From: a virus
Lineage: Duplodnaviria > Caudoviricetes
Virus record (IMG/VR): IMGVR_UViG_3300029183_000433
Location: 1 to 42,396 of that record
Strand: one strand, 5' to 3'
Length of the DNA: 42,396 nt
In this document: piece after piece, positions 18,756-29,700 of the stretch
Layout: each line of letters begins with the position of its first letter
Numbering within the stretch: position 1 is the first letter of the stretch
Translations under genes and position numbers: made by a program
The notes under the pieces: generated by a model
Seen by the model: the letters and a program-made list of their open reading frames with translations, nothing else
Database searches by the model: none
Told to the model about the DNA's origin: nothing

Positions 18756-19817
18756 TCAGAATGCGAGTTGGATTTGTTCCGGTGTCATCGAGCCAGGATC
18801 CATGCCTATGGGTAGTCCTACTCTTTCGAGTTCAATCAAGTCTCCCACGATGTCTCCCATCGCTTCGTATCCATCATCGCCCGGAGTTTTGCCACTAGGC
18901 AGCGTCTCGTCCGCGTCGTACGCACAGCGAATCTTGTTGACGCCCACGTCTACCAGAAGCCCTCTATGGATAGGGGTGAACGTAGTGCCAAGAGTCGCAG
19001 CCCAATTGAAGATGCCCGCCTGCTGCAAAGCGTATCCGTCAAGCGGACCCTCAACGATGATCAGCTCTCTATCTTGACCAAGATGCTTCTTGGCACGATG
19101 CCAGTTGTAGAGAATAGACGTGATGAATAGATCTTGACGATCTCTGTCTGGGAATTTGACGTAATCTCGGCCGTGGATCCACTTACGCACAGGACGCCCA
19201 GTACGCTCGCTTTCCGCCTTCATCTCTTCTGGCGTCAAAAGAGTGCGACCGGTAAACCCAACTACGAACCCTTGGTGGTCACGTAGAGGAATGACCACTC
19301 GGTTGTTCATGTACGTGCCGATACGACGCCACACACCAACGTCGTAACTATTGAGCACGTCCGCATCAAAACCACGGCTCTCAAGATAGCTATGATCCTT
19401 CTTCAAGAACTTGAGTCTATCTTCCGCAATCGGCTCGTGGATGTGGAGGCGTGGACGAGTCGCGTTGTACTCGTGCTCCGCGACCGGCTCACTCAAATCT
19501 TCGCCGGAAAGAGCCGCATCGACCCACTTGACCGCGTCGCGGAAATTCAAACCAAGAACACTACGTACCAACCCAAACACGTCATTACCATGTGTCCTAT
19601 CGCACTGATGAGTGAAGCACTTCCAGCGTCCGTAATCGGCACGCCAGCTAAAAGCGGTCGGGTTGTCCCCATCGCCTCCGTGTTGTTTACACAGACAGCG
19701 TGCTTGAATCAATGGGCCGCGTCGAGAATACGCAATCCCTAGCTGATCTAGAATGACTCCAACATTGCGACCAGCATGAACACGCAGGGTCTTGATATCG
19801 TCCTTATCCCTCATCAT
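18756..19817 (-). CDS. dnaG: DNA primase (DnaG-type)
   Basis: Zn-binding CLCKQH...WKCFTHQC, YLESRG, RVVIPL, GFTGR, TOPRIM IIVEGPLD, AYDAD, DPGS. Confidence 0.93.
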   Translation of the reverse strand: MMRDKDDIKTLRVHAGRNVGVILDQLGIAYSRRGPLIQARCLCKQHGGDGDNPTAFSWRADYGRWKCFTHQCDRTHGNDVFGLVRSVLGLNFRDAVKWVDAALSGEDLSEPVAEHEYNATRPRLHIHEPIAEDRLKFLKKDHSYLESRGFDADVLNSYDVGVWRRIGTYMNNRVVIPLRDHQGFVVGFTGRTLLTPEEMKAESERTGRPVRKWIHGRDYVKFPDRDRQDLFITSILYNWHRAKKHLGQDRELIIVEGPLDGYALQQAGIFNWAATLGTTFTPIHRGLLVDVGVNKIRCAYDADETLPSGKTPGDDGYEAMGDIVGDLIELERVGLPIGMDPGSMTPEQIQLAF

Positions 19818-21297
19818 CGTCGTTGTTCCCTTGGCGTGCAGCTCGTGCTTCGCGTCTACGACGCTCTCGCTCTTCGGCGAAGTTCACCGTACCCATCCCC
19901 AACTCCTCAAACACGCCGCAATAGAGGTTTACGTTGTAATTGATGTAGCCGCTCTCTCCCGTGGCTCCGCCGTATCGTGCGGCAAAGATCTTCATGAAGT
20001 GAGAGCCGGTGCTGTCCATCGAACGTTCTTCGTCAGTCTTCAGCTTGATGTACGTGATAGACGTAACGTTCTCTGAGATACGCTTACCACCAGCAATACA
20101 GTGAATGCCGTCATCGGCTTCGTTGTTCGTTTGCCCGAAAGTGATGATCGGGATGTGGTATCGAGTAGCAAAGTCGTGGAGTGCCGCCACGTTCAAGCCG
20201 TGCAACTGCCACTCGGGGATACGACCACCACGAATCTCTTCAACGTTCGCCAGTTTGATGTAGTCGTACACAATCAGGCACTGAGGAACCTTTGCTTCGC
20301 GATCGGGCTTGACATGAGTCAGTACCCAGCGGCGAAGGTGGGGCAGTACCTCTTGCACGCCCATGCCGCTAATCGACATGTAGTGTACTGGCAGCCTATC
20401 GGCCAGCTCCCACAACTCCGGAGTACGCATACGACGACCGTATTCGAGAATTCGCTCGATCTCACAGTCCTCCTCGATTCCCTTATCCTTCAACTCTTCT
20501 CGCGTGAGACGCCAGTATCCGGTCTCCAGGATGTTGTAGGGAACCTCAGCCAACATACCAGCCAGCCTAATCCGCTGATCATTCACGTTGAGTTCGCTAT
20601 CAACAATGAATACAGGAATGTTGTGCTTGTGTGCAGCGATGATAGCCGCTCTCACTCCGAGCTGAGACTTACCCGACTTGGTCGTGCCCGCAATGAAGGT
20701 CACTGACCCGTTACGAATCTGACCGATACGCGACTGCCAAACGGGGTATCCAAGGTCTAGACCAATATGCCCGGGATCATCGGCAAAACTTTCGATGAAC
20801 TCTTTGAGCCCAGCGGTCAGACGGATGGGGGCGTGCTCGTTACCGTCTAGCACACCAGCCGTGCTAACCAGCTTGTCCTCAACACTCGCAATGATCTTCG
20901 ACAAGGGATCGTCGGTATGTCCGACGTACTCCCTCACCTCTTGCATCTGCCGCGTCAGACTCTTGATGTAGGCGTGCTTCTTGACCTCCTGAAAATGCTT
21001 CTTCGTTTCCAGATCGCCGACCGGCTCGGCGAAGATGTCGTCAAGAGCCTCACCGTTCCGCGTGGCCTGCGGATAGTCCGTCATCCCGAGAGACCGGGCG
21101 GCGGACAAGATCTTGGCACGAGTAACCTTCTGTAGCTCTTGCTCGATGTACAAATGCGAGATGATCTCGAATGTCATCTGAGCACCCAACGACGTGAAGT
21201 CGGCCTCCCCGTCTAGATAGGTAGCTAGCTCAAAGAAGGTATCTGGATTGCTGATCAACCCAGCTAGTAGCAGCTTCTCAGCTTGAACGTTCGCCAT
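19804..21297 (-). CDS. dnaB: Replicative helicase (DnaB-like)
   Basis: AEKLLLAGLI N-terminus, Walker A AGTTKSGKS, DSE, VYDYIKL, FGQTN, ARYG; adjacent to primase. Confidence 0.9.
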   Translation of the reverse strand: MANVQAEKLLLAGLISNPDTFFELATYLDGEADFTSLGAQMTFEIISHLYIEQELQKVTRAKILSAARSLGMTDYPQATRNGEALDDIFAEPVGDLETKKHFQEVKKHAYIKSLTRQMQEVREYVGHTDDPLSKIIASVEDKLVSTAGVLDGNEHAPIRLTAGLKEFIESFADDPGHIGLDLGYPVWQSRIGQIRNGSVTFIAGTTKSGKSQLGVRAAIIAAHKHNIPVFIVDSELNVNDQRIRLAGMLAEVPYNILETGYWRLTREELKDKGIEEDCEIERILEYGRRMRTPELWELADRLPVHYMSISGMGVQEVLPHLRRWVLTHVKPDREAKVPQCLIVYDYIKLANVEEIRGGRIPEWQLHGLNVAALHDFATRYHIPIITFGQTNNEADDGIHCIAGGKRISENVTSITYIKLKTDEERSMDSTGSHFMKIFAARYGGATGESGYINYNVNLYCGVFEELGMGTVNFAEERERRRREARAARQGNNDDDEG

Positions 21298-21712
21298 CGC
21301 GTGCTTCGGTAATGAGTGCTCTTAGGTCGTCGGTACTGAGATAGTCCGTATGAACTTCCACTAGATCAATATCGTTGAGTTCACACCACTGTCGCTTTTG
21401 TCTATCACGAGCTTTCTGACGCTCAAACGTCTTCTTATCGCCGTGAAAGTGGTGTACGTACTCGGTGTGTTGTCGGCCTTGATACTCGAAGGCGAGCGAG
21501 TGGTGCGGAAGGTAGAAATCTAGAGACATGCGTGTCCCGACTACAGGAAACTCTTCGAGGATTACGGTACCGGGACCGTACACCAACCGAATGAGTTCCC
21601 CTAGTCGAAACTGCGGCTGTGAACGTGAAGTGCCCGCCGTCCTAACCGGATATCGGCTGGGCAGTACCTCCATGCTCACTTCGCGTCCATCAAGCCTCTT
21701 GAATCTCGCCAT
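21278..21712 (-). CDS. DUF559/Vsr-like endonuclease
   Basis: EEFP..GTRMSLDFYLP, AFEYQGRQH, RDRQKRQWCELNDIDLVEV; start probably ATG 21712. Confidence 0.82.
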   Translation of the reverse strand: MARFKRLDGREVSMEVLPSRYPVRTAGTSRSQPQFRLGELIRLVYGPGTVILEEFPVVGTRMSLDFYLPHHSLAFEYQGRQHTEYVHHFHGDKKTFERQKARDRQKRQWCELNDIDLVEVHTDYLSTDDLRALITEARDGERSS

Positions 21713-22805
21713 CAAACATAGCATCCACTGCGTCGTAATGATCTGGCTTGATCAACTCCATGACCTTGCCTTCGATCCACGCAGCCAACTTCTGGTCGAT
21801 CAATAGACGCTGCCACGCGAGAGCCTGCTTCATGGCGATAGTCTCTTCGGTAGGCTCACCGCTCTCGCGATCGAGCTTGGGCAACAGAACTTGTCTACCG
21901 CCACGTCCGCCAAAGCTCAGCACGCCGAACTCTAGTCCCTTCTGGACAATCTCTTTCTCTCGCCAGATACCGTGACCAAAGAGAATAGGGAACTCTCCCT
22001 CAATCCCATCGGGAGCACACTTATTCTTCGCCACCTTGAATCGAATCACAACACCAACCTTGTCGTTGTCTACGTTCACCAGGGTTTGCTGCTTACCCGG
22101 CTTCATCAACTCGATACGCTGAGAAGCATAGTACGGCACGGCATCACCACCAGAAGTAGTACGAGGATCACCGTACGCGATGATCTTACTACGTTGCTGA
22201 TTGACTAGGATACATGTGACATTGTTCTCTTCGACAACCCCAATTAGCTTCCGCATTGCGTCCGACAGGAGCTTCGCCAGATTGCCAACCTTGTTTTCGC
22301 CAACCTCTCCGGCCATCACAGCCTCAGGCTGCGAAGCGTCAATCGAGTCGAGAATGATCACACAATCCGGGAACTGCAAAGCGAACTTCCGCATGACCTC
22401 AAACGCCACCTCACCATTGGGAGCTGTAGCGATCTTGAGGGGACAGTCCTCTTCACCTTGAGCTTCCATGTAAGGGCGAATGTCTCGTACCGTCTGCACC
22501 AACGATCGGTTGAGGTTACGCTCCATGTTCATGTAGAGCACAGCCTTACCGGCCTTGAGGGCTCTACCCGCTACAGCCAATACAAGAGTCGTCTTACACG
22601 AACCGTTGGGACCATAGACCTCTGTAATACGCCCGGCTGGAAATGGAACAACTAGGGCGTGGTCTAGGGAAATGGAGCCCGATTCGTTGGGGTCAGGGTC
22701 TACGAGTTCGGCCGCGTCCTGGAGTCGAACCCCGTCGATCTTCCCGACTTCCTTGGCGAAAAAGTTATAGTCGCCACCTTTGTATCTGTCTACTGTCTCA
22801 CTCAC
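21690..22805 (-). CDS. recA: RecA/UvsX-like recombinase
   Basis: SGSISLD.AL, GRITEVYGPNGSCKTT, IILDSI, VNQQR, TTSGGDAVPYYASQRI, KNKCAP. Confidence 0.93.
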   Translation of the reverse strand: MSETVDRYKGGDYNFFAKEVGKIDGVRLQDAAELVDPDPNESGSISLDHALVVPFPAGRITEVYGPNGSCKTTLVLAVAGRALKAGKAVLYMNMERNLNRSLVQTVRDIRPYMEAQGEEDCPLKIATAPNGEVAFEVMRKFALQFPDCVIILDSIDASQPEAVMAGEVGENKVGNLAKLLSDAMRKLIGVVEENNVTCILVNQQRSKIIAYGDPRTTSGGDAVPYYASQRIELMKPGKQQTLVNVDNDKVGVVIRFKVAKNKCAPDGIEGEFPILFGHGIWREKEIVQKGLEFGVLSFGGRGGRQVLLPKLDRESGEPTEETIAMKQALAWQRLLIDQKLAAWIEGKVMELIKPDHYDAVDAMFDGEIQEA

Positions 22806-23226
22806 GCTCTAGCTCCTCCAGGAGTTTCATCAACGACTTAGCGTCTTGTTTCTTGTGTGTAGCAAAGTCAATGCCATCGACCTCGCGTTCGGCACGCCAT
22901 CCAGAGTAGAGACCGCATAGCTCGTGGAGCCCAAAACGCTGTAGGAGTTTCCTCGCAACCACAGCCATCTTGGCGAACTCTTCACTGTCAATCTCGGTAG
23001 GGACGCACCTGTAAATGTAGAAGGCAACTTGATCAGCCGTGAGGTTGAACGGGTCCTTCATCAGTTTCTTTACAGCAGAGACGGTCTTGCCCCACTCACG
23101 ACCGTTGGCCCCTCGCCAGGGAAAGGGGCCAAGGGTTAGGTCTCGGTTGAGCCACATCAACTCAACCAACATATTTGCCGCGTCGTGCTGAATCTCGGGG
23201 GTTGTGATTGAGCTATACTTCGTCAT
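22798..23226 (-). CDS. Hypothetical phage protein
   Basis: Coupled ORF directly upstream of recA. Confidence 0.75.
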   Translation of the reverse strand: MTKYSSITTPEIQHDAANMLVELMWLNRDLTLGPFPWRGANGREWGKTVSAVKKLMKDPFNLTADQVAFYIYRCVPTEIDSEEFAKMAVVARKLLQRFGLHELCGLYSGWRAEREVDGIDFATHKKQDAKSLMKLLEELERE

Positions 23227-23626
23227 TGAGGATCAAACCAATATCGTCGTCGTTGAAGTCACGAATCTCTCCGTAGACCTGGCCGTCGTCGCGAATCCAC
23301 GTAATATAGACTTTGTCTCCCTCGACATAGCCCACTCCACGGTGGGACCATTCCTTGGCCCCGTTCAAGCTCGCCATCTTGTTGCAGTGCCAGTATCCAT
23401 CGACACCACTCTTGGCTGGCTTCATCGTAGTTGCCTGCCCATACACCTCTAGCCGCAAGTTGGTGATCTGCAAAGAGTTATTGCGGATGTACGTACGCAA
23501 TCTCTTCCAGGCGGCTGTCTCCCCAGGCGTGAAGTCTTCGAAGACGGTCGAACCGTCAGACAGGGACGCAATCCACCTGTTGTTTGGGCGAACGTGAGGA
23601 TGCTTCGTATTGAATGCCAAGGTCAT
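23213..23626 (-). CDS. Hypothetical phage protein, first gene of the replication operon
   Basis: ATG preceded by AAGGAGA; follows a terminator/promoter gap. Confidence 0.78.
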   Translation of the reverse strand: MTLAFNTKHPHVRPNNRWIASLSDGSTVFEDFTPGETAAWKRLRTYIRNNSLQITNLRLEVYGQATTMKPAKSGVDGYWHCNKMASLNGAKEWSHRGVGYVEGDKVYITWIRDDGQVYGEIRDFNDDDIGLILNDEV

Positions 23627-23667
23627 GTTATGGGCTCTCCTTGCTCAACCACACGGATGGCACTACC

Positions 23668-23695
23668 ATAGTGGGGGCCGCGTCCCACTTGACAA
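23668..23695 (-). promoter_or_regulatory. Putative sigma70-like promoter of the replication operon, overlapped by an inverted repeat
   Basis: Minus strand TTGTCA-N16-CACTAT; AGTGGG-N8-CCCACT dyad at 23670..23689. Confidence 0.4.
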
Positions 23696-23697
23696 CG

Positions 23698-23727
23698 AAA
23701 AACGGCGACCTCTTTTGAGATCGCCGC
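23698..23727 (-). terminator. Intrinsic terminator ending the virion module
   Basis: Minus strand CGGCGATCTC-AAAA-GAGGTCGCCG followed by TTTTT, about 25 nt after the stop of 23751..24452. Confidence 0.88.
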
Positions 23728-23750
23728 GAATTCAGTCCCGCAAGTTTATC

Positions 23751-24452
23751 TTACAGGAATTCAAGCTGGACGTAGAAGGCGAAGTCGATCTTGCGACCCG
23801 CCTGCCCCGGACTCATCGATAGCAGGACGTGGTAGTCGTGGATCGTCGCCTCAGTCGCCTGGTCGTTCAGGGTTAGCGTCGTACCACCGCCAGCACCGTC
23901 GGACAACTGAGTCCAGGAAGCGTCTCCACTATCCCCATCGGTATTTGCTAGCTCAGATCCGTAGATCGTTGCGTTCGTTACCTGAGAAAGGGTGACATCT
24001 TGAGCGATGTGGTTGGCATCCAGGTCGATCGCACGCAGAACGGCGTTCTGGGTAGACACGTTCGTGTCATTCGGCTCCCTGAAACGCATCAGCAAGGTGC
24101 CAGATTCCTGTGGAATTGTCGCCAACGTATGTCCGGTCACCGCGTTCGCAACGCCAGAAATCTCCACCGTCGTATTGCTCGTGAAACGAGCAGTGACTAG
24201 CTGAGCGAAGTCGGCACCGAGATAGTCAGTAAAATGGGTGCGACGGTTGAATTGACCAACGATGATCGGGCTGTTTGGAGCCGCTCCTTCACCGAAGAAA
24301 CCAATACGGTTGGGCACAGACGTTTCCGCCGCAGCCGCCTCGAAGTTGAACGCTTCGATCTTTGTTTCGGGCTGGGCAATAGCAGCATACAAGCTGGCGA
24401 CCGTGTTGCCCAGGGCACCGCTCGTGCCCATGAATCGAATACCACTAACCAT
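23751..24452 (-). CDS. Putative virion structural protein
   Basis: Strong RBS (GGAGG), its own upstream motif and downstream terminator; A/T/G/S-rich beta-type sequence with 5 SG. Confidence 0.75.
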   Translation of the reverse strand: MVSGIRFMGTSGALGNTVASLYAAIAQPETKIEAFNFEAAAAETSVPNRIGFFGEGAAPNSPIIVGQFNRRTHFTDYLGADFAQLVTARFTSNTTVEISGVANAVTGHTLATIPQESGTLLMRFREPNDTNVSTQNAVLRAIDLDANHIAQDVTLSQVTNATIYGSELANTDGDSGDASWTQLSDGAGGGTTLTLNDQATEATIHDYHVLLSMSPGQAGRKIDFAFYVQLEFL

Positions 24453-24523
24453 TGTGTTCCTCCAGTTATACGGCTATCCGCACTACTACTGACTATGGCC
24501 GACAAGACCAACGCCTATGGATA

Positions 24524-24533
24524 AATACACTAA
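24524..24533 (-). promoter_or_regulatory. Putative late-promoter motif TTAGTGTA(T/C)T, copy 1
   Basis: The same motif precedes three virion-module transcription units; this copy is about 70 nt upstream of the ATG at 24452. Confidence 0.5.
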
Positions 24534-26776
24534 TCGATGTCTAGGTGGATGATTTCGTACGGGAAGTCATCACCGAATGGGAAGCCACTATCAGCGAACA
24601 AGTCTAGTTCGTAGCTTTCCTCAACCCTGTAAATAGTGGCCTCCTCGACAACCCTCATCAAGTACAGATCGTTGCCAAACTGAATTAGCACCCAGATTCC
24701 CGGAGCAACATGCGTCGCGTCAGACGAATCAACATAGATGATGTGATGAATGTCACAGTTTGACGGCGACTGATTGCCAACGTGCTTATCTGCTTCAATC
24801 GGTTTCGCCGAGTCGTGAGTGTGGTTACCAGTTTCAGTCAGGATGTCCGACGGGTGAGTCGTGAAGCTGAACTTTCCAATGCCGCTCGCCGAACCTCGAC
24901 CGGCCATGTTGGCATCAGTGATCAGAGGGTCGCCCGTAGTGATAGCTCCGGCGATGCTGTATAGGTACTCGCCATCCACGTAGTAACGACGAGCAGCAAT
25001 TCTACCAGTATAGATACCATCGAAATCCAAAGCTGATGTCCATCTAGAAACACGACCGAGCAGTCTATCGCCGATGAAGTAGTGTGTACCGTCAAAGAAC
25101 AGAGAACTAAGAGCATTCCCGAGAGTACCGAAGTCACCACCACCAGCGACGTCTTCACAGAAGGGCACAGTCTCTGCTTGCTCGGTGTGAGTTAGTTCGG
25201 GCAACTCGTATCTCTGGAAGTAAACGGTGCTCTCACGTAGATCGTTATTGTTGCCGGGACCACACGCATTGATCGTGAAATCCTCTTGCCAACTACGACT
25301 TACACGAAGGATCTCGTTACTGCCGAACTTCTCTAGTCCTCTATGCACTTCCCAGTGGCCGGGCTCGGGTGCGTCAGGTCCCTCTGAACTTGTAGACGGT
25401 CTGTTGCCACGAGACGCAATCGTTCTCTCAGCCGAACGGAACCACATGAAGTTACCGTTGTGCGGCGAGATCGGATGCAATCCACCAGCAGTAACGCTTC
25501 CGCTTAGACCGGCCGTAATGCCTGTGATCCACAAACAGTCATCAAAGACCTGATATCCCCTGGAAAGATCAGGGAACACGATTCGCGTGCCATCACTAGC
25601 TTCATACGTAGAACGACGCAATAGGTTGTTGTTCCAGCCAGCGTAGACCCTAAAGCCGTTGGCGTTGATGCGTTCCTGGTAACCACCAGGCGGCCACAGA
25701 CTAGTGTAGGCACCGGAAGCAATACCTGCCTCCGGGACGGCAGAACGACTGGTGCTTGTCAAGATCCTGTAGAAACCAGACCCGAGACTACCGGGAACGT
25801 CGTAGTACATACGAGCGGTCCCGTCAGTGTCGCCATTAGAACTGAGCTGTCGTACACCCTGGACAGGATTTACAAAGTCACTGGAACCATCACCAACAAA
25901 GAACCAGCCATTATCGGCACCAGTGACGATCCTTACTTTTGTCTCGGGCAACAAGGCATAGCCGTCAAGCTGAATCTTGCCAGACCCAAAAGCGTTGAAG
26001 TTGATCTCGTCAGCAAAGCCAGAGTCCCAATCGCTTCTCTCACGACCGGTCATAGAGATCAAGCTGCCATCCGTCTTGTGGAATGTCGGGTAGAGCGGAC
26101 CAGTATCAAACTGCAAACTGTTGGCACTAGCACGGTTGTTGACCGACTCTCCTGGAAATGGATAAGGGTTGAAGATCACCTCGCCGAAGTCAACGTCGAA
26201 AATGACACCCGACGATCCCAGCCAATGAATATCCAAGTCCTCGATGTTCTCGCCATCGCCAACGAAGTCGGGATCCGGCCTTAGGTAGTCAAACCCATAG
26301 ACAAGGAACGTGCCCGGACTCAGCTCCTGGAATCTGATATAGCCGCTAGGACTCTCCGGGTAAGCTGTTGTTAGCCAAGCCGCCTGGAAGTGTCGCTGGA
26401 AATAGTCGGTGTCGTTGTCATAGCGATTGAACAACTCATCGAGCATGAACCGCATTTGGTTGATGTTGTCGATGTCTGCCAACGCAGCTACATCCCCAAC
26501 GTGTCCTTCGAGAGTGTCGCCATTCGGTTTCGGCTCGAAGCCCGACGGAGTCACCTCGGGATGCGTGTACACCTTGTAGAAGTTCTGCAACAAGTTCTCG
26601 TCGTTGAACCCCCACTTGCGTAGCTCGGCATTGATCACGAACATACCCTGTTCCATGACATCGCCAGACGCACCGAGCACCCATCCTGTTCCATTTCCAG
26701 GCCACGAGTCGGGCTGAGAACGGAGCGGAACTGTGAACGGGTATTCGTAGGGCATTTGCCCCGAAGCCAATCCCAT
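24530..26776 (-). CDS. Putative tail/baseplate protein (748 aa)
   Basis: Long coupled ORF in the tail module; G/S/D/aromatic-rich with about 12 SG. Confidence 0.72.
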   Translation of the reverse strand: MGLASGQMPYEYPFTVPLRSQPDSWPGNGTGWVLGASGDVMEQGMFVINAELRKWGFNDENLLQNFYKVYTHPEVTPSGFEPKPNGDTLEGHVGDVAALADIDNINQMRFMLDELFNRYDNDTDYFQRHFQAAWLTTAYPESPSGYIRFQELSPGTFLVYGFDYLRPDPDFVGDGENIEDLDIHWLGSSGVIFDVDFGEVIFNPYPFPGESVNNRASANSLQFDTGPLYPTFHKTDGSLISMTGRERSDWDSGFADEINFNAFGSGKIQLDGYALLPETKVRIVTGADNGWFFVGDGSSDFVNPVQGVRQLSSNGDTDGTARMYYDVPGSLGSGFYRILTSTSRSAVPEAGIASGAYTSLWPPGGYQERINANGFRVYAGWNNNLLRRSTYEASDGTRIVFPDLSRGYQVFDDCLWITGITAGLSGSVTAGGLHPISPHNGNFMWFRSAERTIASRGNRPSTSSEGPDAPEPGHWEVHRGLEKFGSNEILRVSRSWQEDFTINACGPGNNNDLRESTVYFQRYELPELTHTEQAETVPFCEDVAGGGDFGTLGNALSSLFFDGTHYFIGDRLLGRVSRWTSALDFDGIYTGRIAARRYYVDGEYLYSIAGAITTGDPLITDANMAGRGSASGIGKFSFTTHPSDILTETGNHTHDSAKPIEADKHVGNQSPSNCDIHHIIYVDSSDATHVAPGIWVLIQFGNDLYLMRVVEEATIYRVEESYELDLFADSGFPFGDDFPYEIIHLDID

Positions 26777-29700
26777 TAGTCGAGACCTCCACCGCCGCCA
26801 CCGGCCGGTGCCGCGAACCTGCGGAGCGGAGCCCGTACGATCTCCACAAAGCTAACGGGTCCGGTCTTACCGAAACCGCCACTCGGAACAGACGTGGGAG
26901 TCGTCAGGAATCCACGATCACCAGAAGCAGCAAACTCACGGAACGGAATGGGGATTACGTTCAGGAACGTTTGTCCAGAACCAAGATCGAATCTTCCATC
27001 CGAACCAATACCTAGCTCCTTGCAGACCGCCAATGCGTCCTGCGTACCTTGCTCAGTCACAGACACGATCTCTACGGGCGTAACACCCGCTTGTGCGTCT
27101 TGTGTTGTACCGTTGATGAAGATGGTGCCATTACTCGCACCCGGCTTCACGGGGCCGTCGCCCTGAACAGCGAGCGTGGTCTTATCGTTGAGTGACACGG
27201 TACCGTTGAGCACTGCGACATCGAAGATAGCACGCTCGTACCCGTTAGACGCTGCCGTCGGGTCTACAATGGTCACGTCGTAGTTATCACCGTTCGTACG
27301 CTCTACCTCAACGATGGTACCGTTACCAAACGGACGGCCCTGTGTGAAGTACCGCAGAACAGTATTACCGCCCGGCAGTTCGAACTCGTCAGTGTGATAG
27401 AGAGCATCGTCATCGATGTTCAGGAAACCATCGATACAGATCGCACCCTCTTTGAAGTCGTCATTACCCGAGTCTAGAGCTGTCGGCGGTTTTGTGTAAC
27501 CATTCTGATCGATACCACGATACCGCTCGTCCTCCTCGGTGCCAGGAGTGCTAGTCAGCTCGAAAGTGTTGTTCACCTCACTGATGGTCACACGCACGGC
27601 ACGCTGATCGTCTCCAACGAACGGCGGGGGCGGGAACGGGTTGTCCGGGATATCCGGGAACTCGTTGTCCACACCCTGGTTCAGCAACTCAAGATCAACG
27701 AAGTCGATCGGGTTGAGAATGCCATTCAGCTCAGCACGTACACGCTCACCTCTCGGTGCTTCCTTACCGAACTTCGGGAAGTACGATTGGATCTTGTATC
27801 TGGTCTGGAAACCGTCCAGACCAAACGTGATGTTGACCTCGTTGACACCATGAGTGGTCTCGCCATAGAATCCAGACGGACCAATGCTCTGCCCAGCAAA
27901 CGAATCGAACGACAGTAGCGGCAACCCTACCTGTGAGAAGTCCGCGTATCGTGACGAGCTAAGAGGCACAATCTTGCCCTCGACACGTCGAATAGCTCTC
28001 TCTGTCATGATGTCCAGCGAAGTCTGCTGACCAACAGGAGAGAATGCCCACGGTACAAACTGATCGTCTAGCTGAACATCTTCGTCACGCTCATAGTGCT
28101 TGTCTCCAAGCACCCACTCGCTCGGATACGCTTGTCCGTAACGCGAACGTGCCTGTACAGGAACCGCTACACCAGACAATGCCTCGTATGCGTTGAGAAC
28201 TACTGCCGGGTTGATGAGATCACGTAGACCAGAACCCGTTAGCTTATCATTGATCGTTAGCAGAGTATCCAGACTGGTGATCACCGTGTCAGACACAAGG
28301 CCGCCAGACGGACCGGCGTTGATCGGCAACTGACACCACAGAGTGCCTTCGGGGAACTGCTCAAACCCGTACAGCTCATCGCTACGAGGATTGATCACCT
28401 TCTGGCCCACAACTACGATGTCCACCGGGATGTAGTGACTACCGTCACCGTCGGGATTGAACGGAGGAGCGTCCTCGGTCCAGTCGCCAAACGCTGCGGG
28501 CACGTCATCACCCTGCGGTCCGTATACAGTGTCTACAGGTAGCTTGCAGTGAGCCCGTACCCGAAAGTCATTTGTGACGAACGGACTGATCGGACCAAGA
28601 TCTCGATTGATCTCGTACCCCTCAGTGAAGATACCACTAGTCGCTACAGAGCCAGACGGCGATAGATCAAAGCCCTGTACTTGATTCTCGATGTTAGACC
28701 AAGCCGCCTCAATCGGCTTGAAAAGGCCAGACGCCTCGTTGAACACGAAGTTCTCTAGGACGTACGATCTACCATAATGTCGAGATGCGTGGCTATGTAC
28801 ACGCTGATACCACGCTAGCGTCCAGTTATGCTCAGCGTCACGTCTGTTGCTGATCACACGAATTCCAGACTCAGCCGCTCCATCCGCCAAGCCTCCCAAA
28901 GGCATAAGGGGGTCGAGCCTACTCTGGAAAGAAGGATGTTGGGCTGCTACGGAGCCCGCGTCGCCATCTAGTTCGTAGCCCGGCGGGTCGTTCGACTCGG
29001 GAGCCTCTTGGTAGATCTTGAAGTACGACCACTGCTCGATTCCCGCCAGAGCTAGCTGTAGCTCTTTCTCGACCGGAGTGTACGTACGGTAGAAGCCGCC
29101 AGCGTCGTAGAAGCCAATACTGATCTGGTCCCAAACAGGACTGAACACGAGGCCGCCATCTAGACCGCTCGTATCTAGTCCGTCTAGTGGGCTGAGAAGG
29201 TCAGAGTTGACGAACCCCTCCATATGGCCGCCGATCACGCGGAATCGTGTCGGATCGGGCACCACGTCGTTACCGAAGCCAAGTTGCTTTGTCTCGTTGA
29301 GACCGCTACCGCTGCCGAACTGCGACACGAGATCGAGGATGTCGTTCTCGGAGATGTCGAAGACGACTTTGCGACTGATCAGACTGATCTTCTCGGCGTC
29401 CATGTTCCAGTACCAGTCGTAACCGGCATCCTGGAGCATACGTGTCATGGCCTCGTCAAGAGGAGATAGGTTGAACTGCCAGCGAATTGCATCGGCACCA
29501 CCACCGATGTTCTCCTCGATCTGCTGTGCGGTCGGAAGCTCGGTCGCCGGGATCCACGCCTTACCTTCGGTGAAGTGGAGATCAACAGCCGCTAGCACCT
29601 GGGTATAAGTCGCACCGAACTGTAGGATACGCTCGTACTCACGGATCAACGGATCGGACGGGTCGCCGTTGACATCCGTGAGACCGTTGTTGACGCGATA

